Shown one piece after another: positions 48,746 through 61,306 of a stretch of 64,000 nucleotides of DNA. The notes beneath the pieces are model-generated. The model had not been told where the DNA came from, did no database searches, and worked only from the letters and a program-made list of their open reading frames with translations. Every line of letters begins with the position of its first letter. Positions within the stretch are counted from its first letter, which is position 1. A program made the position numbers and the translations under genes. The stretch is from Pseudogymnoascus verrucosus (taxonomy: Eukaryota), in NCBI GenBank assembly GCA_001662655.1, contig KV460228.1, one strand, 5' to 3'.

Positions 48746-51193
48746 ATGGCGTCTAGTCTTGACTTCTCGTCGGATGGACTCCTCGGCCTAGATTTCGATG
48801 CCAGAGATCTGAGATACGCATACTCCAACACCAATATGACAAGGAACTCGTGGCCGCTGGCCTTGGATTTGTCGACCGGCGCCGACGAGAAACACGGCTC
48901 ACCACCCGCGCATAACGAGAACCAACAACAGCAACAACAACACCAGTATCAGACTGTCCAACATAACTCACCCACTCTTCTATCGGACTGGCCTGTCCAC
49001 CAGCAGCCACAGCAGCTCCAGCAACAATACCTCCAAGGCAATTCTATGATGGGGGCACCGCAGTACGCGCCGTTCGATGGCAGTTTCCAGCAGAACCTCC
49101 AGCACGCACCGATCGACTACCACATCCCAACGACGCAGGCCGCCCTCGAGGCAAGTCTCCAGATGGACTCTCCCTTCAACAGCAAGGCCGGTCTCCAGCT
49201 CGACGCTCCCTTCAACAATATGGACCAAGCCCAGGATGCGCAGGCTTTGCAGTGGGATATGGTGGGACTGGCCAACTGGCAGGACTTCCAAAATGCCATG
49301 TTCACTCCCAACCACGGCCTCCCCATGCCCGTAGGACGACAGAGTCTCGGCAGCAATTCCCCCACCGGCACATACCTCGAAGTACATTCGTTACCCAGTT
49401 CAAGCAGTGACCATGGATGGACCGCTGTAGACTCCTACCAGAACTTCGATACCTTCCAACAAGCGCAAAACGCGGCAATCTTCAACCCAGGGCAGACCTT
49501 GCACTTACGCAGCCACTCGGACTCATCCCAGTCGGATGCCACGGCACCATTCCCGGATACAGGCTTCGGTAGTTTCGAAGAAGTTACTTTCCCGCCATAC
49601 TCTCCCTACTCGCCGGAGTCCGACACGTACTTAGATCTGAACACCCATCGTAATTGCTTCCACGGAGAATCCCACCACCACTCTCATGATATCCACGAAA
49701 TCATCAGCCCGGCTGCCGCCGTCGCTCCTGTTGCCATCAAAGTACCCTCGACTCGCCAAGTTGCTTCCGGAAGCTCCTCGCCCCCACCACGGAGAAACTC
49801 TGGTGCAAGTGGGAAGAAGAGCCCTACAACCAAGGCAACCAAACCCGTTATTCGTCGCACGTCAAATGGAAAGAAGGACACAGAGAAGCGCGTTGGAAGG
49901 AGGAAGGGCCCGCTACTACCCGAGCAACGCAAGCAAGCTGGCGAGATAAGGAAACTCCGTGCTTGCCTTCGTTGCAAGTTCCTGAAGAAGACCTGCGATA
50001 AGGGCGAGCCTTGTGCTGGTTGCCAGCCATCTCACGCCAGGTTGTGGCAAGTACCTTGCACCCGTATCGACATCAAGGATATCGCCTACTTCATGAAGGA
50101 TTGGAAAGCGGACTACGAACGACATGTCGGCTTAGGCGTCAGTGTCTACAACATCAAGGGATTTTCAGAGAGCGAAGAGCTCATGTGGATCACGCACGGC
50201 TACGGATTCGCCATTCCGATCATGGCACGCGAAGTTTATGTCACCGATGACAACTGCTTCATGATTGACTGGACCGAATCGATACACGAGGAGCCGCTAG
50301 AGTTCGACATCCGTACCGAGCGTATGTCGGCTGGCTCCGAGGGCGTATCGAAAGAGGCCTTGTCGGAATACCTTGACCAGCATCTTGAGGGCCCGTTCGA
50401 AGACTTCATTGACAACCATTTCGAAGGCACTCCATTCATCACTGAGATCCTAAAGACCGCGCATCGCTATTACCGCAAGGAGAAGCTTCCAGTCATCCGC
50501 AAAGCATTGAAACTCGTCCTGGCTTACAACCTCACATTACATGTTACCATGGTTCAGCATCAAGGTGAGGAGCGTGAGATGGAGGGAAAGATTGATGACG
50601 AAGAATCGAAATTCTTCGGCAAGACCTTCGCCCCTGTCATGATCAACTTCCAGATCAAGGTGGCCCTTGCAGACATGTGGCGCGAGCTTCAGAAGGATGT
50701 CCTTGAGGAGCTCTCTTCATTATACTCCAGTGTCTACAGCGGTGACCGATTGAAGAACTGGCCAACTATCTTCATGATTGCCTCCATCCTCCTCGCTGTC
50801 TGGGAGGAGATGCAATTCGACTGCCACTACAGAGTACCCGACCCAGCCTCCGTGGACAAGTTCTGCACTGACATGGAGACCACTCCGGTCGGTGTCATTG
50901 TGGGTCTCTTCCACGCCATCTCACAAAAACTGCCTGCATTTACGGAGTGGGAGACAAGACGACATGGACAACTTCTGAACAATAACGTTGCTGTTTGCGA
51001 CGCTATGACAGAAATGAGATCCCATGTTTCTAAGCACGGTAAGCTTTTACTCCTGAACATTCAAGACAACATTTTACTGATCATTTCTACAGAGGCCTAC
51101 TTGAAGTCGCGCGCGGACTGCAGGTTCAACCGTGATGACTTCGACTGCCTGTCGAACAAGTTCCTCTCAAAACTTGTCATCCGTGCCAACTAA
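48746..51193 (+). CDS. Zn(II)2Cys6-type fungal transcription factor; exons 48746-51038, 51093-51193 (an alternative in-frame ATG is at 48578)
   Basis: ACLRCKFLKKTCDKGEPCAGCQPSHARLWQVPC after a basic region; Q-rich N-terminus; 54-nt intron GTAAGC..ACTGAT..CAG. Confidence 0.88.
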   Translation: MASSLDFSSDGLLGLDFDARDLRYAYSNTNMTRNSWPLALDLSTGADEKHGSPPAHNENQQQQQQHQYQTVQHNSPTLLSDWPVHQQPQQLQQQYLQGNSMMGAPQYAPFDGSFQQNLQHAPIDYHIPTTQAALEASLQMDSPFNSKAGLQLDAPFNNMDQAQDAQALQWDMVGLANWQDFQNAMFTPNHGLPMPVGRQSLGSNSPTGTYLEVHSLPSSSSDHGWTAVDSYQNFDTFQQAQNAAIFNPGQTLHLRSHSDSSQSDATAPFPDTGFGSFEEVTFPPYSPYSPESDTYLDLNTHRNCFHGESHHHSHDIHEIISPAAAVAPVAIKVPSTRQVASGSSSPPPRRNSGASGKKSPTTKATKPVIRRTSNGKKDTEKRVGRRKGPLLPEQRKQAGEIRKLRACLRCKFLKKTCDKGEPCAGCQPSHARLWQVPCTRIDIKDIAYFMKDWKADYERHVGLGVSVYNIKGFSESEELMWITHGYGFAIPIMAREVYVTDDNCFMIDWTESIHEEPLEFDIRTERMSAGSEGVSKEALSEYLDQHLEGPFEDFIDNHFEGTPFITEILKTAHRYYRKEKLPVIRKALKLVLAYNLTLHVTMVQHQGEEREMEGKIDDEESKFFGKTFAPVMINFQIKVALADMWRELQKDVLEELSSLYSSVYSGDRLKNWPTIFMIASILLAVWEEMQFDCHYRVPDPASVDKFCTDMETTPVGVIVGLFHAISQKLPAFTEWETRRHGQLLNNNVAVCDAMTEMRSHVSKHGKLLLLNIQDNILLIISTEAYLKSRADCRFNRDDFDCLSNKFLSKLVIRAN

Positions 51194-52439
51194 GCCTGCT
51201 TCTCTTCGCTCCCGACGATGCAAGTCCCTGATTTGCAGGCGTATATAATCTTATACCCCGCCCGCACCCTCACCCCCCGCACCACGTCCGACACGACATG
51301 CGAAGTGGCCGCTATTATTTTCTTTGATTTGTTTTGATTTATGACACTTTACCCCATCACGCACCAGCGAGCGGATTTTTCTATCCCTGATTCTCTTGTC
51401 GATTTTAAAGAGCATAGCGATTTTACGACACACATCTATTTTTTTTTACGAACGTTTGTGACGATATGAGCATCATGATATCATGGTTGATGGGTGGATA
51501 ACGGCCGACACCTTCGCTGGCTCGCGTCCTTGATGGATCGCAGACCTGGCAGCCATATACAGACGTGGGGAGGAACGCATTTCATGCGTGATGATTGACT
51601 TGAATTATGGGAGGAGGCATTTTTTATGAAGGGAAGATTTAAGATTTAAGATTTTACGATTGATAATGCGAAATGGAGGCGGATGCATATCATCCATCGT
51701 CTGGCATCGGGGCGATTTATTTTTCGATCTGGGGTTTATGCATCTAAGTAGATAGACATGACCTAGACGATATTACATATAGCGAGGAAGAAACCAAAAA
51801 AAGTTCTACCTATGTTGCTTGCTTGTTTGCCTGTTTGCTTGAAGAATGTGAACATGACTTGTGCTACGATTGATTGACTATCTGTATTACTTGAATTTGA
51901 TAGGGGGTAAGTACTACCAGGCTCAGTCGTCGCAATCCTTCCTTGAGACTTCCGGAAGACACGGCTTGGGGTTGACGGCGGATGGCAACATAGCCACACC
52001 CAGGCCCTGCAGTTCATCCACGAAGTAACCTTGGCTCTCTCTCAGTCAACTTCTTACCGCCCTTACCGAACGTACTGTATGTAATCCTTCGCGGTTAAAT
52101 GCGAAAGCTGACAGGAAGCGTCAATAAATGAGTTGCTGACATTGAACAGCGCTTCGGTCGAAACACCAACAGACATCCAACAGCGGTCAGGCAGGGGCCT
52201 CATTTGCAAGGTGGCTGGACATCGGACATCGACGTCACCGCCTCGCTTGAGTAATGAGGGGTAAGATTGTCTCAGTCACCTGGTCGGTGCGTTTATCGGA
52301 GTGTCCGGCGATAGGGAGATACGTCCTGCAAAACAAGTTACAATGGCGTCAAATGATTGCGAAAATAAAACGTGTATAATTTTTCCCTGCGAAATTCCTT
52401 ATCCCCTGTAACTGCAAATAGTGAAATAAAACGCGGGAT

Positions 52440-52685
52440 TTTCGAATTCCTTTGTTCTGATTTGCTGGTGGCGACTATTATGGAAGTCCCAAAGTCCCTG
52501 AGTCAACCCATACAACCAGCCGGGTGAGCCTTCTGGTACATTCCCCAGCCTCTTATCGTGACGCTAGCTGTTTCTGGTTTAGGGTGACAGATTACTAACC
52601 CCGTACCGCGCCCGCTGTGACTGTTCCAGCGACTGCGCCATTATTCGGTTGTTGGCCAAGGCAGGCGCCTGGCTGGCTATATAAC
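52440..52685 (+). promoter_or_regulatory. UBI4 promoter: HSE-like TTCGAATTC (52441), PACE/Rpn4-like GGTGGCGA (52467), TATA (52678)
   Basis: Motifs read directly; consistent with stress-inducible polyubiquitin, but they are short and degenerate. Confidence 0.4.
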
Positions 52686-52848
52686 AAGCCTTACCATCCA
52701 CGACCAACAAACTTCCTCCTTCCTTCAACATCACATCTCACAAACCTACCCTTCATCTTACAACACGTCGATCGTGTTGCCCAACTCACTCTCCAATATA
52801 CTCTCCAACAAATACACATCAAGACAATACACCACAGCAACAGACAAG

Positions 52849-54092
<1,244 letters not shown>

Positions 54093-54555
54093 GCTAGCTT
54101 GGATGTGGTTTTCTCTCTTTTTTACGGCGTATTGGTCATATACCTAGGTGGCAATGGGCTCTTAGTACATACATAACAGTATTATGGGGATATCTGAAAT
54201 GACCCCAAAGCGATAGTAAAATAATACATTTCGTCGCTATGAAATTTAACCTTTGATATTCTTGATAATGTGATATTGTGATATGTGCCAGTTTCGAAAA
54301 CAGTAGGATTGTTTTGCCATTATCGTGTGAATCATGCGTTGCTTTGCGTCTTAATCTCCAATTCCGCCCTTGCCACAAAAAATGGCACTACATAAACACC
54401 TACCCCGCCACCCAACATCAGACAATCCCAACTGTATATTGCAACATCCATCCAGCAAGGCTACCTCTTTTCCTGTCTCCAACAATTAACTTCCATGCCA
54501 ACACGCCCATCACCGGCATTTGCCGTTATCACCACACCCCCCAGATAACTATGCC

Positions 54556-56773
54556 ATGACGAACCGAGCCTACTTCTACCACCTCCGCTTCGAGCTCTTC
54601 CCCGAACCCCCCACGACCTTTGTCGACAAAACAGCTCCCGACGTGGATGACGAGATACCTGCTATACCGGTGTCATTCTCGGATTCTCTGCCGAATCACT
54701 TTAAGCTTCCTGTTGTGGGAGATAAGGACTATCGCGCCACTACTACTACTACGAAAGCTACAAACGAAACTACACAACACCCTACCACCGACGTCACAGA
54801 CGCGCGAAACACCCCCACCCAGGGACGCCGTGGGTCAGTAATAGACTGCGGTCCCCGCCGCGCAGATATCCACCGCGACTACTCCCCGCACGAGTTTTTG
54901 CCCGCGCCGCTTGGTAGACGCAGCGCGGAGGAAGCAGCGCGCGACTGGCGATTTGGCTGTGTTCGGGCGTCGAGTATACAGATGGGTGAGATGGAGGGAG
55001 GCGGGAGCGGGGCGAAGAGCCAGGGGATGAGAGCGAGGGTTGAGGAGGTGAGGTTGAGGGGGAGAGAGGAGGAGTTGGGGTGGGGGATTGTGCATTTGTA
55101 TCGGGAGGGGGAGGAGACGGTGGGGTTGGGGGAGGGGGAGGAGGGGGGAAAGGGACTGGAAGGGGTGGTGGAGGGGAATGAGGGGCTGGATACGACGATG
55201 CTTTGTATTCCGGCGGTGCCGAGTTATATGACTGCGAGTGATTTTTTGGGGTGGGTTGGGGAGAAGACGAGGGAGTTGGTGAGCCATTTTAGGATGGTGA
55301 TGACGGGGAGGATGAATCGGTATATGATGCTTATGAAGTTTCGGGATGGGCAGGAGGCGAGGAAGTGGAGGAGGGAGTGGGATGGGAAGGTGTTTAATGG
55401 GATGGAGGTATGTTGCGCCCCGTCTCATCTGATACTGGGAACCGACCAGCTACTAACTGTTTCCTCTTTTTCTACAGCCCGAAAACTGCCATGTCATGTT
55501 CATCAAATCGATCCACTACGACACCCTCCCCTCCTCCAAGCAAACCGACACCACCGCCTCCTTCCCCGACATGTCCCTCGACCCCTTCACACCAACCCAC
55601 TCCACCTTCTCCCCCTCCCCCCCCACCTCACCACTAGCCCTCAAACCCCTCCCCCCCCCAACCGCCTCCCTCGTCGAACTCCCCACCTGTCCCGTCTGCC
55701 TCGAGCGCATGGACGAAACCACCGGCCTCCTAACAATCCTCTGCCAACACGTCTTCCACTGCGCCTGTCTCCAGAAATGGCGCGGTTCAGGCTGTCCTGT
55801 TTGTCGGCACGTTCAGCCTGCTAATTCGCTCAGCACGCCGTTTGGATTTACTGCCGCGACGCACGATCTCAATCTGTGCCAAGTCTGCGATTGTCCCGAG
55901 GATCTATGGATCTGTCTCATCTGCGGGAACGTGGGGTGTGGTCGCTACAAGGGGGGACACGCGAAGGAGCATTGGAAGGAGACGGCGCATAATTACTCGC
56001 TCGAGACGACGACGCAGCATGTCTGGGATTATGCGGAGGATGTGTGGGTGCATCGGCTGCTGCAGACGAAGGGGGATGGGAAGATTGTGGAGTTACCTGG
56101 GAGTAGTCGGGCTGTGCTTGGTGGGGGGAATAATAATCGAGATGCCAGCGGTGGCGAACAGCAACAGGATCTGGAGATGGTGCCGAGGGAGAAGATGGAG
56201 AATATTGGGATTGAGTACGGGCATATGCTCGCGACGCAGCTGGATTCGCAGAGGATGTATTTCGAGGAGGTAGTCGCGAAGGCGGTGGATAAGGCGGCTG
56301 GGTCGGCGAGGGAGGCGGAGCGGGCGGCGAGGGCGGTGGAGGAGGTGAGGGGGCAGCTGGAGGTGATGGCAAGGGAACATAGGGAGATGAAGGAGGAAGT
56401 CATCCCTGGCTTACAGCGCGATCGCGATCGCATGGCTGCTAAAGCCGAGAAGGCGGGTGAGCTGGCGCGGAGCATGACGAAGGCGTTTCAAGAGGAGAAG
56501 CAGGTTGGGCGCGGGCTGATGGATCGGGTGGGTCATCTGAATGAGGCGCTCGAGAGGGTGAGGAGAGAGGTGAAGGAGGTGAGGGATGAGAATGTGGATT
56601 TGAAGGAGCAGAATCGAGATTTGGGGTTTTTTATTAGTAGTCAGGAGAAGGTGAGGGGGTTGGAGGGGGAGTTGGGGGAGGAGGTTAGGGAGGGGACGGT
56701 CAGTTTACCGCCGCCGCCGCCGGAGGTGAAGCAGGAGAAGGGGAGGAAGGGGAAGGGGAAGAAGAAGGCGTAG
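54556..56773 (+). CDS. ETP1: BRAP2/ETP1-type E3 ligase (BRAP2 domain, RING-H2, ZnF-UBP, coiled coil); exons 54556-55407, 55478-56773
   Basis: ELPTCPVCLERMD..CQHVFHCACL..CPVCR RING and LWICLICGNVGCGRY..HAKEHW..VWDY ZnF-UBP; intron 55408-55477. Confidence 0.93.
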
Positions 56774-57094
56774 GGGTGAGGTTGGGATGTTGAGCTGTTG
56801 AGCTGTTGGAGCTGAAGGTTGAGAAGGAGAAGAAGAAGACGCAGGGTTGAGGTTGGGGAGGGGGAGGGGTGTGTATTTGCTTTTGGGGCGTGGGTTGGAG
56901 ATGAGAGATACCTGGTTGGCGTAGTGGTTCTGGTTCTGGACATAGGCAGTTTCGTACTGTATGATTTATGAATGTATGATATAAATGAAGCATCTTTGTG
57001 GTGCGTTACTCCACGAAACTACTGTCATGTGATTGCCATCTGGGCCGATGGATCGATATATAACCATATCAGATCAACCTCGGCGACCGATCAG

Positions 57095-57623
57095 ATCCAC
57101 AACAAAACGCCCAAACGTCAGACCTACATCGATAAAGCGTCGTTAGTGACACAGATCAGACGCAACGCCACATGCAAAGAAAAATATACTGCAGGAATAG
57201 CGTGCTATGAGCAAAGCCAAGTGCAAAAATGCCTCTTGGCCAGACTCAAGTTAGATAATACGGCTCCCCCGAATCGCCCCATTTCAGGCTATTCGCCATC
57301 TAGAAGGGCCGTTCCAGTGGGGAACCAACCCGCTTTCGCTTTGCGTCCCCCCGGATCTCAGGGTCGGGGAAGTGCCCAACGCTCGGCGGCGAGGGAGAGA
57401 ATTCGCCGGGTTGGTATCGTAGGGTCTAGACCGGGATTTTCGGGGTGAGAGCGTTGGAGGATTGGAAGGCACCTCCCTGATACAGCGTTGGAGAGCAGCC
57501 GTGGTGGGGGCTGCAGGAGGGTTTTGTTGGGCGGGTTTTTTGAGGCAAAAACAGACTGCTGCAGGATACTATCTCTAACAATAAGTCTACGATACGACTA
57601 TCGATGTTGCCGTTTTTGTGGAT
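57095..57623. ncRNA. Candidate structured non-coding RNA or foldback element, identity unknown
   Basis: At least six nested complementary blocks, no convincing ORF, and an intron-like segment on the minus strand (57124-57189). See findings. Confidence 0.35.
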
Positions 57624-58132
57624 GCCTTGGGGTGTCCAATAGGCTGTGGGATCGCTATTTTGCTACTGTTGGTCTTTGCTAGGCGCAGGCACGCTAGTAT
57701 CTTTTCGTCATCACCTCTCCCCACATTGGCGACTGATTCTCCCCACCAAAGATTTTCCCCATATCAATACTTTCGTATGTATAGTTACTGCCTGCTGCTC
57801 TCACGTCACGTCACATCACATCAACTCCCCGCATCGTCGTTGCTCGTTCAGATATTTTTTATATCATCATATTTTATACATTCGAGATAAACGAAAAGCT
57901 TGATGGAAGTGAAGAAGATAATGCCTTCTTCGAAACAGCTACTAGCCTGATACAAAACATACGCTGTGGTCAAATCTGAAGCTAAGAAAGCTAGCTAAGC
58001 TCCCCACCAAACCCCAACTCCGATTATCTCTCTCTCTCCAAAGTCTGCCCACGAAGAGACTCCTGCCCGCCCACGACACCACCACTCCGCGCCCTCGACA
58101 CTTCTCGCGTTGGCCTCGTCACAAACCCAACC

Positions 58133-60727
58133 ATGGCGTCCGTCCGCGAGTCGCAGAACGCCATCGACACGCACGCCGATGGCCGCGTTGGGGCCCAGCC
58201 GTCGGTGCGCGTGGGGAAGGCGGCGCACAAGGAGTCGAATCCGATGACGAACTGGGTGTATGATGTGTTTTTGTGGACGTTTAGTATTCTTGTTGATTTG
58301 TTCTTTCGGGAGGTGCATCCGCGGGGGAGCTGGAAGGTGCCGAGGAGGGGGCCGGTTATTTTTGTGGCGGCGCCGCATGCGAATCAGGTATGTTGAGTAG
58401 AGGGGTCTGTTTGGCAATGCACTGTCGTTCGGAAGTGTGGTGTGGTGATGATTGGTGTCGGTGGTGCTCGTCAATGCACTGTCATCCACAAGTGTGGTAT
58501 GGTGACGATTGGTGTCGGTGGTGTCCGTCTATGCCCAATCGTCCACAAGTGTTGTTCGAGCTCTGACAAACGCCATGGTGTGAAAGCTTGAGATGGGCTG
58601 AAGCTAACGGTTATGCAGTTTGTTGACCCGTTGGTGCTGATGCGGACGCTGAGAATCGAAGCTCATCGACGCGTTGCCTTCCTCATTGCGGAAAAGTCGA
58701 TCAGGAGAAAATTTATCGGATGGTTTTCGAGACATGTGGGCGCTGTGCCTGTCGGAAGAGCTTTGGATATGGTCAAGCCGGCGACAGGAAGTATATACAT
58801 GCCCGATATCAACGATCGTCTTCTCATACGCGGCAATGGCACCAAGTTCGATGGCCCAGAGATCCAGATTGGTGGGCTTCTTGTCCTGCCGTCTGTGAAC
58901 GGCACTGCGGCCAGCACTGAAATTGCGGAAGTCCTGGGTCCCGAAGAGTTGAGACTCAAGAAACCATTCAAGGGCGGTATTGCCCTCAGCCAGCTTACTG
59001 GACGTGAAGATGTGACTGAGGACGGAGCGTTTTCGAACCAGGAACAGAAAGGGCCGGCGGCAGAGTTTACGGGCACGAGATACAAGACTGCTCCTAAAGT
59101 CGACCAGTCGAAGGTCTACGACGCCGTGTTTGATCGCCTGAGCGCTGGTGGCGCTGTCGGAATCTTCCCAGAAGGAGGAAGCCACGACAGGACCGAGCTT
59201 TTGCCCTTGAAGGCTGGTGTCGCGATTATGGCCCTCGGAGCTTTGGCGGCCGCACCGGATAGTGGCTTGAAGATCATTCCCTGTGGCATGAATTATTTCC
59301 ACGCCCACAAGTTCCGCTCTCGTGCCGTTATCGAATTCGGTAATCCTGTCGAAGTGCCCAAGAAGCTTGTCGAGATGTATAAGCAGGGCGAAAGGCGGGA
59401 AGCCGTCAGCCAGCTTTTGGAGACGGTATACCAGTCATTGGTGGCCGTCACTGTTACAAGCCCGGATTACGACACTCTCATGCTTATCCAAGCCGCGAGG
59501 CGACTATATAACCCGACTGGCAAGAAATTGCCCTTGCCTATGGTTGTGGAGCTCAACAGACGTCTTGTTAAGGGTTACACGCACTACAAAGACGACCCTC
59601 GAACTGTCGCTCTCAAGAAATCCGTTCTCGAGTACAACAAGCAGCTCAAATATCTTAATCTGCGTGATCATCAAGTTGAATATGCGAAGCTCTCGCTCAT
59701 CAAAGTTATATTCCTTCTTATCGGCCGGATCATCAAGCTCGCGACTCTTTCGATCGGTGTGCTTCCAGGCCTCATCCTCTTCGGACCAGTCTTCATTGCA
59801 TCGAAATTGATCTCCATCAAGAAATCCCGTGAGGCGTTGGCAGCGAGCACAGTCAAGATCCAGGCACGCGATGTTGTTGCCACCTGGAAACTTCTCGTCT
59901 CCATGGCCTTCGCCCCATTGCTTTACACCTTCTACACCGTCATCCTTGTTATCTGGACCTACAAGACCCGAGTAAACGGCCTCGTCCCTGAATCCCTACC
60001 TCTCTGGTGGATCCCACCTATCGGCTACACCGTCTTCCCCATGATCACCTTCGCCGCCCTCCGCTTCGGCGAAGTCGGAATGGACATCGTCAAGTCCCTC
60101 CGCCCCCTCTTCCTCTGCCTCAACCCCACAAGCTCCAACCCACTCTACAAACTCCAAGCCACGCGCGAACAACTCAGCCACGAAGTCACAGACCTAATCA
60201 ACACCTTCGGCCCCGAAATGTTCCCCGACTTCGACGCCGCTCGCATCGTCGCCGACCCCTTCCACGACGGCGCCCTAACCCCTCCCACACCCCCAAACGA
60301 CTTCAGTGCCTCCCGTCGCGACTCCAACGCCTCAGGCACCACGGACGGCGCCCCCCGCAGCCCCCCATCCGCTGCTGGCGAGCGCCCGCTGTCTGCAGGC
60401 AGCGCGGGTCTACGCGCCGAGGCGATCAGTCGCAACGATTCCTTCCATAGTATCGGGAACTATGGGTTCTTTGCCACGCGGCCGAGTAGTAGGAGTCGAA
60501 GCCGTAGCTCGAGTGTTGGGGGTGCGTTTGGGTCGGCTGGGTTTCCGATTAAGGCATTTAGTACGCTGGATGGGAAGGAGAATTTTGAGGAGGTGACGAT
60601 GAAGATTCGCGGGGCGATGAAGGAGAGGGGGGAGAGGAGGAGGAGGGGGATGAATAGTCCGGCGGTGGAGAGTGATGATGAGGAGGAGGAGGAGGGGAGT
60701 AGTGATGAGGGGAAGAAGGGGGTTTGA
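58133..60727 (+). CDS. Glycerol-3-phosphate/DHAP O-acyltransferase (SCT1/GPT2 family); exons 58133-58387, 58619-60727
   Basis: Spliced AAPHANQFVDP (HxxxxD), IFPEGGSHDR motif and C-terminal TM helices. Confidence 0.94.
58415..58556. repeat. 57-bp tandem repeat, ~2.5 copies, inside the GPAT intron
   Basis: Units start at 58415, 58472 and 58529 (CAATGCACTGTC...GATTGGTGTCGGTGGTG). Confidence 0.85.
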
Positions 60728-61306
60728 TTGGGGTGGAGGGGGCTTTGGTTGGGTGGATTTGTGGAGCGTTGGCGTTTTTAATGATACCATAGGAGAACGA
60801 ACTTCTTTTGAATATTTGCTGGTGCCTCAAACTCTGGAAAGTTATCGTGCTACCTGAGGATTGATACCGAATATTTATGATGATAAAATTTATCTCTTGA
60901 CCACCATTTATGAGCGAACTGGTGTATTGATTATTGCCTTTAGTAATTAAATGATTTTATTGTAGTTACAGTTTCTGTCATCGCTGTAGTTCTGCACAGT
61001 CACTCTTCACATTTTAGGCCACATGAGTAATTATCAACAATAGTTTCTTTGATTCTCACTATCCGAATCAAATCAGTTCTCAGTTACTATGCACGCACGC
61101 ACGTCTCTCAAGACAAAAACAACAAATATTCCGCGACCAGTGACCCTCCTCCGTCCCCATCCTTTGAGTCCCCAAGCGTCTCTTTGTTCGCCACGAGCGA
61201 AAAAAACAGAAAAAAACAAAAACTAGTAACTGAAATCCGAAAACAGCCCATCCAGTAACTCAAAGCAAACAAAATCCATCTCAGTCACTGTAATCGTAAA
61301 AACCCC

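Noticed and set aside
57276..57292. CCCATTTCAGGCTA resembling RNase P CR-V, and AATGGGGC on the other strand resembling MRP CR-V
   Set aside because: No properly placed CR-I partner to form P4 was found on either strand; left to a covariance-model search.
57330..57365. CUGAGA and AGCGAAAG on the minus strand suggesting a TPP riboswitch
   Set aside because: The UGAU/P4-P5 (GNUAAU) core is missing and no thiamine-related gene is adjacent.
56972..57448. 158-aa plus-strand ORF over the structured element
   Set aside because: Starts in the AT-rich ETP1 3' region and shows no domain or gene-like codon pattern.
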